NCBI GenBank assembly: GCA_043778225.1 | Contig: JAYWGM010000080.1 | Coordinates: forward strand, 1-64,000 | Source of the DNA: Deinococcales bacterium | GTDB taxonomy: Bacteria > Deinococcota > Deinococci > Deinococcales > JAAFIG01 | Direction: 5' to 3' | DNA length: 64,000 bases | Shown here: in pieces, positions 39,566 through 49,294 of the stretch | How the letters are laid out: each line of letters begins with the position of its first letter | How positions within the stretch are numbered: the first letter of the stretch is position 1 | Made by a program: the position numbers and the translations under genes | Notes under the pieces: model-generated | Told to the model about the DNA's origin: nothing | The model's database searches: none | The model's input: only the letters and a program-made list of their open reading frames with translations

Positions 39566-41953
39566 ATGGACTTTGAAAAACTCGGTGCGTTTTACCTCGG
39601 CAAAAACTTTGACTCGAGCAATGCAACACTCAGCGACCAATTTACGCTCTATGAATCTAAGCACCTGACCACCCATGCAGTGATTATCGGCATGACCGGT
39701 TCTGGCAAAACTGGCTTAGGCATTGGTTTACTCGAGGAAGCCCTGATTGATAACATTCCAGTCATTGCGATTGACCCAAAAGGCGATTTAGCCAATTTGC
39801 TGCTGACTTTCCCCAACCTTGCTTCGACCGAATTTGAGCCATGGGTCAATACCGATGCGGCGGCTCAGGCGGGTAAGTCCACGGCAGATTTTGCGGCGCT
39901 GCAAGCTGGAACGTGGCAAAAAGGTTTGTCCGATTGGGGCATGGATGCGCCCAGAATCCAAAAAATGCGCTCGAGTATTGATTTTACGATTTATACGCCC
40001 GGTTCTAACGCGGGTGTGCCTGTTTCGGTCTTAAAAAGTTTTGATGCGCCACCCGCATCGATTCTCGAGGATTCCGATGCGTTGCGAGAAAAAATTCAAA
40101 GCACCACCACAGGCTTATTGGGTTTACTGGATATTGAAGCCGACCCAATTCGTTCTCGAGAACATATTTTTATTTCAAGTATTTTTAGTGCCGTCTGGCT
40201 TGAGGGCAAAAACCTCGATTTAGGTGGATTGATTGAAAGCATTCAAAATCCGCCTTTTGAAAAAGTTGGTGTGATGGGACTCGAGTCTTTTTATCCAGCC
40301 AAGGAACGCTTTGAACTTGCCATGAGCATCAATAATCTACTTGCCAGTCCGGGTTTTGCAGCGTGGATGGAAGGCGAACCGCTCGATGTCAAGAATTTTT
40401 TATGGACAAAAGAAGGTAAGCCGCGCTGTTCGGTGTTTAGTATCGCCCATTTGTCGGATGGCGAAAGAATGTTCTTTGTCTCGAGTTTACTGAACGCGCT
40501 TTTATCGTGGATGCGTCAACAAAGTGGCACACCCAGCTTACGGGCTATTTTTTATATGGATGAGATTTTTGGCTACTTTCCACCCAATGGTAATCCACCC
40601 AGTAAAACCCCAATGCTGACGCTCTTAAAACAAGCTCGAGCCTTTGGGCTAGGGATGGTACTCAGCACCCAAAACCCAGTGGATTTAGATTACAAAGGTT
40701 TAAGTAACACTGGAACGTGGTTTATTGGCAGATTGCAAACCGAAAACGATAAAGCCAGAGTTCTCGAGGCATTAAGCAGTGCTGGAGGCTCGAGCAACAC
40801 CGATTTAGATAAGGTTTTATCTAGCCTTGGCAAGCGCGTTTTTTTAATGCACAACATCAATAACCCTAAGCCGATGACTTTCCAGACCCGTTGGACAATG
40901 AGCTACTTGGCGGGTCCAATCACTTTAGAACAAATTAAAATTTTAATGCGCGAAAAAAAGAACCAAAAAACCTCTGCTACGACCGACACACCAATGACGC
41001 TAAAATCCACACCAGAAAATAACTCGAGCCGCCCAAGCCTTCCGCCCACCGTTAGGCAATTTTATCTCCCCTCGAGTAGCCAAGGCATTACCTATTACCC
41101 AATGCTTTGGGGCAGTGCCAATGTGCGTTATGCCAACAGCAAACAAAAACTGGATGTGATGCAAAATAAACGCTATTTGGTCTCAATCACCGATGCGCCT
41201 GTACCTGTGGTTTGGGATGAAGCCGAAAGTTTAGAGTTTGATGTCAATGCGCTTGAGGAAACTGGACTCGAGAATGCAGCCTACGCCGAACTTGCCAGTG
41301 CTGCCAGCAACCCAAAAAATTACGACAAATGGCAAAAGGAATTTGCCAAATGGATAAGCTCGAGCCAAGTCCTAACACTTTTCTCGAGCGCCAAATTTAA
41401 GGCGATTTCAGAAATGGGCGAATCTGAAGGCGATTTTAGAACGCGCCTGACTCAAGTCGCAAGGGAGCAGCGCGATGCAGGTTCAGCCACGATACAAGCC
41501 AAATACGTGCCAAAACTGACTAAACTTGAAGTGCGTTTACAAACCGTTAAAGCAAAGCAAGCCGAACAAGCCGCTCAAGCAGGGCAAGCCCAATTGCAAG
41601 CTGCCTTAAATGTTGGGGCTGGAATCCTAGGGGCTTTATTTGGTGGTGGACGAAAAACCAATGTGATTGCCAAAGTGGGTTCGGGGATGCGTGGCGCGAG
41701 TAAAGCCTTTAAGGAAGGGCAAGATGTAACAAGAGCAGCCGAAAGTGTTGAAGGTGTGCAAGCCGAACTACAAGAATTACAAGCTGAACTGGCTGCCGAA
41801 CTCGAGGGGATTAGCGCCGTAGACCCAAACGAACCGCTCGAGACGATTGAGATTAAAGCCAAAGCCAGCGATGTTGGTGTTGAACTGGTGGCATTGGTTT
41901 GGACTCCGTACACAAGAGATGACAAAGGGCGTTTGACTCCAGCGTGGGCTTGA
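39566..41953 (+). CDS. HerA/FtsK-superfamily ATPase (DUF87-like)
   Basis: GMTGSGKTG, IDPKGD, YMDEIFG, LKQARAFG, STQNPVDLDYK; coiled-coil C-terminus. Confidence 0.88.
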   Translation: MDFEKLGAFYLGKNFDSSNATLSDQFTLYESKHLTTHAVIIGMTGSGKTGLGIGLLEEALIDNIPVIAIDPKGDLANLLLTFPNLASTEFEPWVNTDAAAQAGKSTADFAALQAGTWQKGLSDWGMDAPRIQKMRSSIDFTIYTPGSNAGVPVSVLKSFDAPPASILEDSDALREKIQSTTTGLLGLLDIEADPIRSREHIFISSIFSAVWLEGKNLDLGGLIESIQNPPFEKVGVMGLESFYPAKERFELAMSINNLLASPGFAAWMEGEPLDVKNFLWTKEGKPRCSVFSIAHLSDGERMFFVSSLLNALLSWMRQQSGTPSLRAIFYMDEIFGYFPPNGNPPSKTPMLTLLKQARAFGLGMVLSTQNPVDLDYKGLSNTGTWFIGRLQTENDKARVLEALSSAGGSSNTDLDKVLSSLGKRVFLMHNINNPKPMTFQTRWTMSYLAGPITLEQIKILMREKKNQKTSATTDTPMTLKSTPENNSSRPSLPPTVRQFYLPSSSQGITYYPMLWGSANVRYANSKQKLDVMQNKRYLVSITDAPVPVVWDEAESLEFDVNALEETGLENAAYAELASAASNPKNYDKWQKEFAKWISSSQVLTLFSSAKFKAISEMGESEGDFRTRLTQVAREQRDAGSATIQAKYVPKLTKLEVRLQTVKAKQAEQAAQAGQAQLQAALNVGAGILGALFGGGRKTNVIAKVGSGMRGASKAFKEGQDVTRAAESVEGVQAELQELQAELAAELEGISAVDPNEPLETIEIKAKASDVGVELVALVWTPYTRDDKGRLTPAWA

Positions 41954-42079
41954 ATTCTTCTGGCTCGAGCATCGGCAAGTACACCAAAACTAAAGCTGGA
42001 TTCTTATACAGACAGTTTGGTGTTTATCGAAGCTGCAAAATAGCTCAAGCCAAAAAAGTTTTGTGCTGCTCGAGTTGGT

Positions 42080-42325
42080 TTAGAATTTTTGGTCATCCGA
42101 TTTATGACGCTGGACTTCTTTGGGACGCAACTTGCCAAGTTTGGTGATGCGTCCCTCGACCCGTTCACGCCAACGGATGTAGGTTTTTTTGCTCTGGACA
42201 CGACGCATCAGGTTTTTGAGATCTTTTTCTTTTAAGCCAAATTGGGCTTCAATGGCTTCAAAAGGGGTGCGGTCTTCCCATGCCATCATGACAATTCTAT
42301 CGGTATCTTCGGGCGAAAATTCCAT
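42080..42325 (-). CDS. Small conserved protein (TIGR03643/DUF2805-like)
   Basis: DRIVMMAWEDRTPFEAIEAQFGL..WRERVEGR. Confidence 0.85.
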   Translation of the reverse strand: MEFSPEDTDRIVMMAWEDRTPFEAIEAQFGLKEKDLKNLMRRVQSKKTYIRWRERVEGRITKLGKLRPKEVQRHKSDDQKF

Positions 42326-42595
42326 GATAAACAGTACACAACTACAGCCTCACCGTTTCTTGTGGTTACCATACAATTGAAGTGAGTCACTCTTACGTCA
42401 CACCAAAAAGCGAGATGAAATAGTTTTCTCGAGCATTTTCAAAACCGCTTTAGCCTTTGGCTCAAGCAACACGGGCAGGTCAGCCGCTCGAATCGCAGCC
42501 GTTAAAGCGCTACACCTCGAGATGGGCAAAAGAAGTTATAAGGTATCAAAACAGCAAAAAAGTACACGCACCTTTTAACAAATGCGTGTATAGCG

Positions 42596-42672
42596 TGGTC
42601 GGGGTGGCGAGATTTGAACTCACGACCACTTGACCCCCAGTCAAGTGCGCTACCAGGCTGCGCTACACCCCG
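42596..42672 (-). tRNA. tRNA-Pro(GGG)
   Basis: CGGGGTGTAGCGCAGCCTGGTAGCGCACTTGACTGGGGGTCAAGTGGTCGTGAGTTCAAATCTCGCCACCCCGACCA, 77 nt with encoded CCA. Confidence 0.96.
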
Positions 42673-42733
42673 CCCTTCTGGCTCAAGAAGGCTATCAGAC
42701 GAATGCGGCGCGGTCAAGTGGTAGAGTAAATTC

Positions 42734-43234
42734 GTGCGTTCTTTTGTGGCTTCTTGGTTGATGGGTTTACTTTTGTTGGGCGTGGGTTGCGCTGCAATTT
42801 TTGCTTTCCCAGCCTTTCCTATACGTCTAGCAGTGGCGTGCCTGATGGTTTTTTTGGTGGATGCCTTTGGCGGACGCTGGTTTGGCTATACGGCTATCCC
42901 GTTTATTGCTGTGGGTTTACTAAACGATACAGCAGGGAATTGGATTTTGGTTTTGCCACTTTTACTAGGTGCATTTTGGGCAGCCTTGTTTTTGCGCCAT
43001 GTTGAACCCGGTTGGTTTGGCGTACCACTCGGGATGATTGGTTTTGTTGTGCCTTTGTTTGGTTTGTTGTTTTTACAACAGCGAATAGACCCGAATATCC
43101 AATTGCCGCTTAAAGGTCAATTCACCATGTATTATGTTGCATCTGGTACGGTTGCTATTTTAGTTTCCAGTGTAGTTTTACAGCTTTTACGGCGGTCTCG
43201 AGTCAAACCAGTTCGGCGGATTGCGGTGCGTTAG
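42734..43234 (+). CDS. Membrane hypothetical protein
   Basis: Multiple hydrophobic segments. Confidence 0.7.
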   Translation: MRSFVASWLMGLLLLGVGCAAIFAFPAFPIRLAVACLMVFLVDAFGGRWFGYTAIPFIAVGLLNDTAGNWILVLPLLLGAFWAALFLRHVEPGWFGVPLGMIGFVVPLFGLLFLQQRIDPNIQLPLKGQFTMYYVASGTVAILVSSVVLQLLRRSRVKPVRRIAVR

Positions 43235-43237
43235 CCG

Positions 43238-44107
43238 ATGTCTATGGTCTGGTGGAGATTATTGCGCCAGTTTTTGGATTTATTTGTGGCGCGTTGGAAC
43301 ACAGCACAAGTACCAATTTTAGCCGCCAGTCTGGCGTATTATGCCACTTTTAGCTTATTTCCGTTGTTGTTGTTGGCAGTGGCTGGTTTTGGGTTTGCTT
43401 TGGCGCAGTATCCAAGTTTACGCAATGAAGTTCTATTTTTTTTACAAACCACCATCCAGCAGGTTTTTCCGAGTGCGGCGGATTTACTTAACCAGAATCT
43501 CGAGAGCCTAAAACTTGGTGTTCTTGAAAAGTTTGCTGCCAATGCTGGGGTCAGCAGCCTCATTGCTTTAGCGGGTCTGATTTGGTCTGCCAGTGGCTTT
43601 TTTACAGTGCTTCAAACAGCTTTAACCCTAGCCATTCCGGGAAGGCGCAACCGCACGGTCGTGATGCAACGCGTTTTGGCATTTGTCACGGTTTTTACAC
43701 TTGCGCCTTTGATGCTTTTTTTGATGATTTTGGGTTCGGTTCTCTCGAGCTTATCAAGTGTACCACTTCTCGCCCCAATTCAAGCCTACTCGAGTGGTGT
43801 CTTAGCGCTGCTTGGCGCATATGTTTTGTTTAGTTTGTCGTACCGCTATTTGCCCGCCCATAACCCCGGTTGGCGAGCCAGTCTGCTTGGGGCATTGCCA
43901 ACCGCTTTAATCTGGCAAGCCGCTCGGCTGAGTTTGGGTTTACTGACCCCAATCTCGAGTTTCCAAGCAACTTACGGCATTTTGGCTGGGTTTTTGCTGT
44001 TGCTGGCGTGGTTGTATTTAACTTTGCAGATTTTTTTAGCGGGTGGGGTGTTGGTTGGTTTGATTGAGCAAGCTGCCTTGCCCACGAGCAATCTCGAGCA
44101 AGGCTGA
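43238..44107 (+). CDS. YihY/BrkB family membrane protein
   Basis: AASLAYYATFSLFPLLL, YRYLP, TYGILAGFLLLLAWLY. Confidence 0.9.
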   Translation: MSMVWWRLLRQFLDLFVARWNTAQVPILAASLAYYATFSLFPLLLLAVAGFGFALAQYPSLRNEVLFFLQTTIQQVFPSAADLLNQNLESLKLGVLEKFAANAGVSSLIALAGLIWSASGFFTVLQTALTLAIPGRRNRTVVMQRVLAFVTVFTLAPLMLFLMILGSVLSSLSSVPLLAPIQAYSSGVLALLGAYVLFSLSYRYLPAHNPGWRASLLGALPTALIWQAARLSLGLLTPISSFQATYGILAGFLLLLAWLYLTLQIFLAGGVLVGLIEQAALPTSNLEQG

Positions 44108-44238
44108 AAAGGCGCAAAGGTGCATTACCCCCTTGCATTCTTTGGTTTGTTTGCTATACTCCTTGGGCTGCCGCGAGGCACAAAAACATAAGGCTGGCTG
44201 GGCTATTTACCCGGTAACACGCCCGGAGGAAAATAAAA

Positions 44239-44430
44239 ATGGCAAAGCATCCAGTTCCAAAAAAGAAAACCAGTAAATCCAAGCGCGATATGCGTCGTTC
44301 GCACCATGCCTTGGTTGCCCCTAACCTGACCACTTGCAAGAATTGTGGTTCTAAAAAGCCGCAACATATTGTTTGTGCCGAATGCGGTTTCTACGATGGT
44401 CGTCAAGTCTTGGCTGTTGCCCAAGCCTAA
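44239..44430 (+). CDS. rpmF: 50S ribosomal protein L32
   Basis: [37 protein letters not shown]. Confidence 0.97.
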   Translation: MAKHPVPKKKTSKSKRDMRRSHHALVAPNLTTCKNCGSKKPQHIVCAECGFYDGRQVLAVAQA

Positions 44431-44441
44431 TTTAGCTCAAG

Positions 44442-44474
44442 AATGCCGAAGGGTTGCGCCCTTCGGCATTTTTT
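44442..44474 (+). terminator. Rho-independent terminator
   Basis: AATGCCGAAGGG-ttgcg-CCCTTCGGCATT followed by T run. Confidence 0.88.
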
Positions 44475-44485
44475 ATGGCTGGAAA

Positions 44486-44502
44486 TTACGTTAAAAACCG
44501 AA
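44486..44502. promoter_or_regulatory. RDRM-like (DdrO operator-like) 17-bp imperfect palindrome
   Basis: TTACGTTAAAAACCGAA upstream of ruvB. Confidence 0.55.
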
Positions 44503-44538
44503 TAGAATAACGATAATGTTATTCTTTAGGACATACCC

Positions 44539-45516
44539 ATGACTCAACCTGCTGGCGCAAATCGCCCCAAACGTCTTGCCGATTATGTCGGTCAGGATAA
44601 ACTTAAACGCAAACTCGAGGTTTATATCCAAGCTGCCAAAGGTCGTGGTCAGGCGCTCGATCATGTTTTGGTTTTTGGTCCTCCGGGCTTGGGTAAGACC
44701 ACCTTGGCACACATTATTGCTTACGAAATGGGTGTTGGAATCCGTCCAACCTCGGGTCCAGCAATCGAAAAACCGGGCGACTTGGCAGCCATTTTAACCA
44801 ACTCACTCGAGGAAGGTGATGTTTTGTTTATCGATGAAATTCACCGTTTGGGTCGGGTAGCCGAGGAACATTTGTATCCAGCCATGGAAGATTTTCGGCT
44901 CGATATTGTGATTGGGCAAGGACCTGCTGCCCGCAGTATCCAATTGCCGATTCCACGTTTTACCTTGATTGGTGCAACCACCCGTCCGGGCTTAATCACC
45001 CAGCCAATGCGGTCTCGTTTTGGAATCATTGAACACCTCGAGTATTACACCCCCGAAGAATTGGCGCAGAACCTCGAGAAAGAAGCGGTTTTGCAGGGAC
45101 TCGAGATTACCCCCGAAGCAGCGCTCGAAATCGGAGCGCGGTCTCGAGGCACAATGCGAATTGCCAAGAATTTACTGAATCGTATCCGAGATTATGCCCA
45201 AGTGGCTGGCGAGTACCGCATTGATGCGATGCGAACCCAAGCCGCGCTTGACCAACTTGGCTTAGACACAGTAGGTTTAACCGACCGCGATAAAAAACTG
45301 CTCGAGACGATGATTATGAAATTCGCGGGTGGACCAGTCGGTTTGGACACGCTGGCAACCGCGATTTCTGAGGATGCGCTAACCATCGAAGACTTATACG
45401 AGCCATATTTGATTCAACTTGGTTTTATGAAACGCACTTCACGGGGGCGAATGCTGACTCCACTGGCATACGACCACATGGGTTATGCGATTCCACAAGA
45501 GATGCTGCTCGAGTGA
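44539..45516 (+). CDS. ruvB: Holliday junction helicase RuvB
   Basis: [38 protein letters not shown]. Confidence 0.98.
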   Translation: MTQPAGANRPKRLADYVGQDKLKRKLEVYIQAAKGRGQALDHVLVFGPPGLGKTTLAHIIAYEMGVGIRPTSGPAIEKPGDLAAILTNSLEEGDVLFIDEIHRLGRVAEEHLYPAMEDFRLDIVIGQGPAARSIQLPIPRFTLIGATTRPGLITQPMRSRFGIIEHLEYYTPEELAQNLEKEAVLQGLEITPEAALEIGARSRGTMRIAKNLLNRIRDYAQVAGEYRIDAMRTQAALDQLGLDTVGLTDRDKKLLETMIMKFAGGPVGLDTLATAISEDALTIEDLYEPYLIQLGFMKRTSRGRMLTPLAYDHMGYAIPQEMLLE

Positions 45517-45724
45517 TTTATCTTTCTTACCTATCCTTTAGTAAGTCATCGTAGCCTAGCCCTTAGTTTTAATTGTATGCTAACCATATGACGATTTCGG
45601 TTTCGGGTTTTGGCTTGTATTCTGTTGTTACGGTTGTGAATAACAACCGACGGGAGTGGCAGGTTCATCGCTGTGTGTGGGAGACACGGGAGGCAGCGAT
45701 GAACCTCCTATTATTGGAGGCGCT

Positions 45725-46366
45725 ATGACTTTGCCGATTCGGGTTTTGGTGGTGGATGACCACCCAATGGTTCGAGCGGGTTTGACCACAATGCTCAAAG
45801 CCTCCTCGGGTATCGAATGCGTTGGCGAGGCAACCAGTGGTCAACACGCGATCGAGCAGACCGCCGCCTTAAAACCACAGGTTATCCTGATGGACTTAAA
45901 AATGCCTGGTATGGATGGCGCAACGGCGGCTGCCGCGATTCGCAGCGCCAACCGTGAAGTGCAAATTATCATGCTGACCGCATTCTACGACCCCGACTTG
46001 GTACAAAATGCAATGCAGGCTGGTGCAATTGGTTATTTACTGAAAACCTCGGGGGCAAGCGAAATTCTCGAGGCAATTCGCAACGCCATGCAGCGCCGCC
46101 GCACCCTTGCGCCTGAAGCCACCGAAGCCCTGATTCAAGCCGTACAAAACGACGGCATTGGCGAGGACTTAACCACAAGGGAACGCGAAGTTTTAGAACT
46201 GATGGCACTGGGTAAAAGCAACCAAGACATTGCCAATGAAATTAAAGTTGCGCTGCCGACCGTCAAATTCCATGCCAATAATATCTTCTCTAAATTGGGT
46301 GCAAAAAGTCGCGCTGAAGCGATTCACTTAGCCTATAAATTTAGGCTGCTCGAGAAGTTGTCGTAG
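45725..46366 (+). CDS. NarL/LuxR-family response regulator
   Basis: VVDDHPMVRAG, LMDLKMP, LTTREREVL; GGAGG RBS. Confidence 0.95.
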   Translation: MTLPIRVLVVDDHPMVRAGLTTMLKASSGIECVGEATSGQHAIEQTAALKPQVILMDLKMPGMDGATAAAAIRSANREVQIIMLTAFYDPDLVQNAMQAGAIGYLLKTSGASEILEAIRNAMQRRRTLAPEATEALIQAVQNDGIGEDLTTREREVLELMALGKSNQDIANEIKVALPTVKFHANNIFSKLGAKSRAEAIHLAYKFRLLEKLS

Positions 46367-46465
46367 CCCTTTGACTTAGTTGGTCTAGGCTTTTTAACCG
46401 AAGCGTAGACTATTTTTTTGCTTCATAATGAGTCTATACTCGGGGATACCTCGAGCGAGGCTTTT

Positions 46466-49252
46466 ATGACTCCCGCTAAAGAAATTTATAATCAAATCCG
46501 CCATGACCCACGTTTTGAGCCAAGCGATTTTTTTGTTGGTTACGACTCGAGGTTTGATGGTCTGCGGGAAAGTACACTCGAGGGTTTTGGGCAATCTGAA
46601 ATTCCTTGGCATCGGGTGCAGTACATCCGTGACTCGAGTGGAATACGCTGGGACAGACGCACCAAGCTGGACTCGATTAACCATTCTGGCGAACCCAATG
46701 CTATTCAAGGCATACAAGCTGTTGCAGCGCGTACAATCAAGAAGGAAAAAACCATGAAACCAAAAGAATTGTTAGCCCTCGGCATTCCACAAAGCGCTTT
46801 GGCTTTGACCGCTCAACTTCTCAAAACCCATCCAGAAAAGCAAACCATGCTGACTGAATTGCGGGCTTTGGTGGCAAACCCCGAAGCCTACACTGGGCAT
46901 TTTTTACCGTTGGTGGCAGAACTTTCTAAGCCAGTTGGTTTGCTGGCTCGAGACCAACCAGTACCCTACAAAATCTGGGGAACGGGCTTAGATGCTGGCT
47001 CACTCGAGCAAATGAAAAACGCTGCGCGGCTGCCGATTGCGGTGCGTGGGGCTTTAATGCCCGATGCTCACCAAGGCTACGGGCTGCCCATCGGTGGGGT
47101 GCTGGCAACCTCTGGCGCGATTATTCCATATGCTGTTGGGGTGGATATTGCCTGCCGCATGAAATTGTCTATTTTGGATATTCCAGTTTCCAAAGCGTTT
47201 TCGCGCCATTTTGAGGCGTTAAAACAAGCCCTTGAATCAGAAACCCGTTTTGGCATGGGGGCAGCTTTTCAGCGTCCACTCGAGCATGAAGTATTGGATG
47301 CCGACTGGGGCACCACTCGAGTCACCAAAGATGTTTTTGCCAAAGCCCGCAACCAACTCGGAACTTCGGGCAGTGGCAACCACTTTGTCGAATTTGGCGT
47401 GGTGACGCTCGCCAAGCCAGACCTTGGACTTGAGGCACAAGAATACCTCGCGCTGTTGTCGCACAGTGGTTCTCGTGGGGCTGGGGCGGCTGTGGCGAAT
47501 CATTACTCCAACCTTGCTATGAAATTGCGCCCAGAATTACCAAAAGAACTCAAGCACCTTGCGTGGCTCGAGATGGAGTCTGAGGCTGGCTTAGAATACT
47601 GGGCAGCCATGAACCTGATGGGCGAATATGCCAGTGCCAACCACGCCATGATTCACAAAAAAATCATCAAAGCCATCGGTGCAAGTGTGCTGTTTAGTCT
47701 CGAGAACCATCATAATTTTTGTTTGCCAGGAAATTCTGTTATTCCAACGCCCTGTGGTCCAAAGCTCATGGCACAAATCAACATTGGAGATATCGTCTAC
47801 ACACTTTCGGAAACTGAAGGTCTAATTACAACTCGTGTCACAAATCATTGGCAATCTGGCTCAAAGCCAATTTGTACTATTCGTACCTCTAGCCGACAGC
47901 TTAAAGCATCACCAGACCATCCAGTTTTAATAGTAATGATTCATGACGAAGTTCATCCAACTCGTTCTTGGAATAAAAAGCATCGGGGCGAACTTGTATG
48001 GAAAATGGCTGGTGAGCTTCAAGTAGGTGATGTTATTGTCTGCGCTGAACATTATTATGCAAACAATAAGTCTATAGGACTAGGACGCGCTCGTGTGATT
48101 GGAGCAATGCTTGGGGATGGCTGGGTAAGACATGAACCTACTTTACAAGGGTACACCGTTGGGTTAGCTATTGGTGATAAAAGCCACCAACATACTCACC
48201 GATATAAACAATTACTCGAGTCAGAGTTACCATGGGCAAATTGGAGAATAAGCTCTAAAGGTGCTTTTGGTTTAACGTGTTCGTCAGTAAAAGTTTGGGG
48301 TACTCTGAAAGAATGGGGATTGCATGACTATAGCCTTAAAAAACGAATTCCGAAATATGTGTTTTCATTGCCTATTGTGGAGAAATTAGAAGTGTTGGCT
48401 GGCTATGTCGATAGTGACGGGAGTATTTCCAAAAATCCTAAAAGTCATGGGCGTATTACGTTGGCTACAACAAATCTTGACCTTCTTATAGATATGCGAG
48501 AATTAGCTATTGGGTGCGGTTTCCAGATTACACCAATTATTTCGAGTCATATACGGAGCAATTTTGGGAATACTACTGTACATCGTTGTCGGATTGCCGC
48601 AGACAGTGCGGCACTACTTGACATATGGCACGATGAAAAGTCCAAAAACCAATATAAAAGCCAACGGCAACGTTCAAAAGGCTTACAGCCCAGCAAAATA
48701 GGGTATTTACCTCTGCCCTCCAATTTCTTTGCCCAGCGGATTCTTAAAGTTTCTACAAGTATCCTAGAAGAGCCAGTCTATGACCTTACTGTTGAACACA
48801 ATAGTCATAGTTTCATATCCGACGGTATTGTAGTTCATAATTGCTGGCTCGAGACACACACCATAGATGGCAGCCCTCGAGAAGTCTATGTTCATCGAAA
48901 AGGCGCAACGCCTGCCGGGGCGGGTGTCCTTGGCATGATTCCCGGCAGCATGGCAACCCCTGGTTTTGTGGTGCGCGGACTTGGCAACCCCGATAGCCTG
49001 CACAGCGCCAGTCATGGGGCTGGTCGAGCCATGAGCCGCACCAAAGCCAAAGAGCAATTTAATTGGAAGATGATTCGCCCACAACTCGAGGCGGCTGGCG
49101 TAACGGTGCTGAGTGCTGGCATAGATGAGAATCCATTGGCGTATAAAAACATCGAAAGCGTGATGAGCGCCCAAACCGATTTGGTCAAAGTGATTGCCCG
49201 ATTTGACCCGCGCATTGTCAAAATGGCAGACGACGGCACAAGCGAAGATTAG
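46466..49252 (+). CDS. rtcB: RtcB RNA ligase with N-terminal MJ1316/DUF504-like domain and an intein
   Basis: MPDAHQGYGLPIGG, GVDIACRM, GSGNHFVE, HSGSRG, VHRKGAT, SASHGAGR, DENPLAYK; N-terminal IRHDPRF..VGYDSRF..IPWHRVQY..WDRR. Confidence 0.92.
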   Translation: MTPAKEIYNQIRHDPRFEPSDFFVGYDSRFDGLRESTLEGFGQSEIPWHRVQYIRDSSGIRWDRRTKLDSINHSGEPNAIQGIQAVAARTIKKEKTMKPKELLALGIPQSALALTAQLLKTHPEKQTMLTELRALVANPEAYTGHFLPLVAELSKPVGLLARDQPVPYKIWGTGLDAGSLEQMKNAARLPIAVRGALMPDAHQGYGLPIGGVLATSGAIIPYAVGVDIACRMKLSILDIPVSKAFSRHFEALKQALESETRFGMGAAFQRPLEHEVLDADWGTTRVTKDVFAKARNQLGTSGSGNHFVEFGVVTLAKPDLGLEAQEYLALLSHSGSRGAGAAVANHYSNLAMKLRPELPKELKHLAWLEMESEAGLEYWAAMNLMGEYASANHAMIHKKIIKAIGASVLFSLENHHNFCLPGNSVIPTPCGPKLMAQINIGDIVYTLSETEGLITTRVTNHWQSGSKPICTIRTSSRQLKASPDHPVLIVMIHDEVHPTRSWNKKHRGELVWKMAGELQVGDVIVCAEHYYANNKSIGLGRARVIGAMLGDGWVRHEPTLQGYTVGLAIGDKSHQHTHRYKQLLESELPWANWRISSKGAFGLTCSSVKVWGTLKEWGLHDYSLKKRIPKYVFSLPIVEKLEVLAGYVDSDGSISKNPKSHGRITLATTNLDLLIDMRELAIGCGFQITPIISSHIRSNFGNTTVHRCRIAADSAALLDIWHDEKSKNQYKSQRQRSKGLQPSKIGYLPLPSNFFAQRILKVSTSILEEPVYDLTVEHNSHSFISDGIVVHNCWLETHTIDGSPREVYVHRKGATPAGAGVLGMIPGSMATPGFVVRGLGNPDSLHSASHGAGRAMSRTKAKEQFNWKMIRPQLEAAGVTVLSAGIDENPLAYKNIESVMSAQTDLVKVIARFDPRIVKMADDGTSED
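47720..48841 (+). mobile_element. Intein with LAGLIDADG homing endonuclease (374 aa)
   Basis: NHHNF|CLPG start, ASPDHP block B, IGAMLGDG and LAGYVDSDG, VYDLTVE..GIVVHN|C end; AT-richer and CTCGAG-poor. Confidence 0.95.
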
Positions 49253-49294
49253 CGGGTCATCCTTTTGTCACTTTTTTGCTTTAGGTTGTGACCA

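Noticed and set aside
39566..41953. HerA-like ATPase as a defence or conjugation system
   Set aside because: No NurA, SIR2 or T4SS partner nearby; appears stand-alone
42400..42672. tRNA-Pro as an integration site for an island
   Set aside because: No integrase and no duplicated tRNA 3' end found in the window
42502..42717. 71-aa ORF on the minus strand
   Set aside because: Overlies tRNA-Pro
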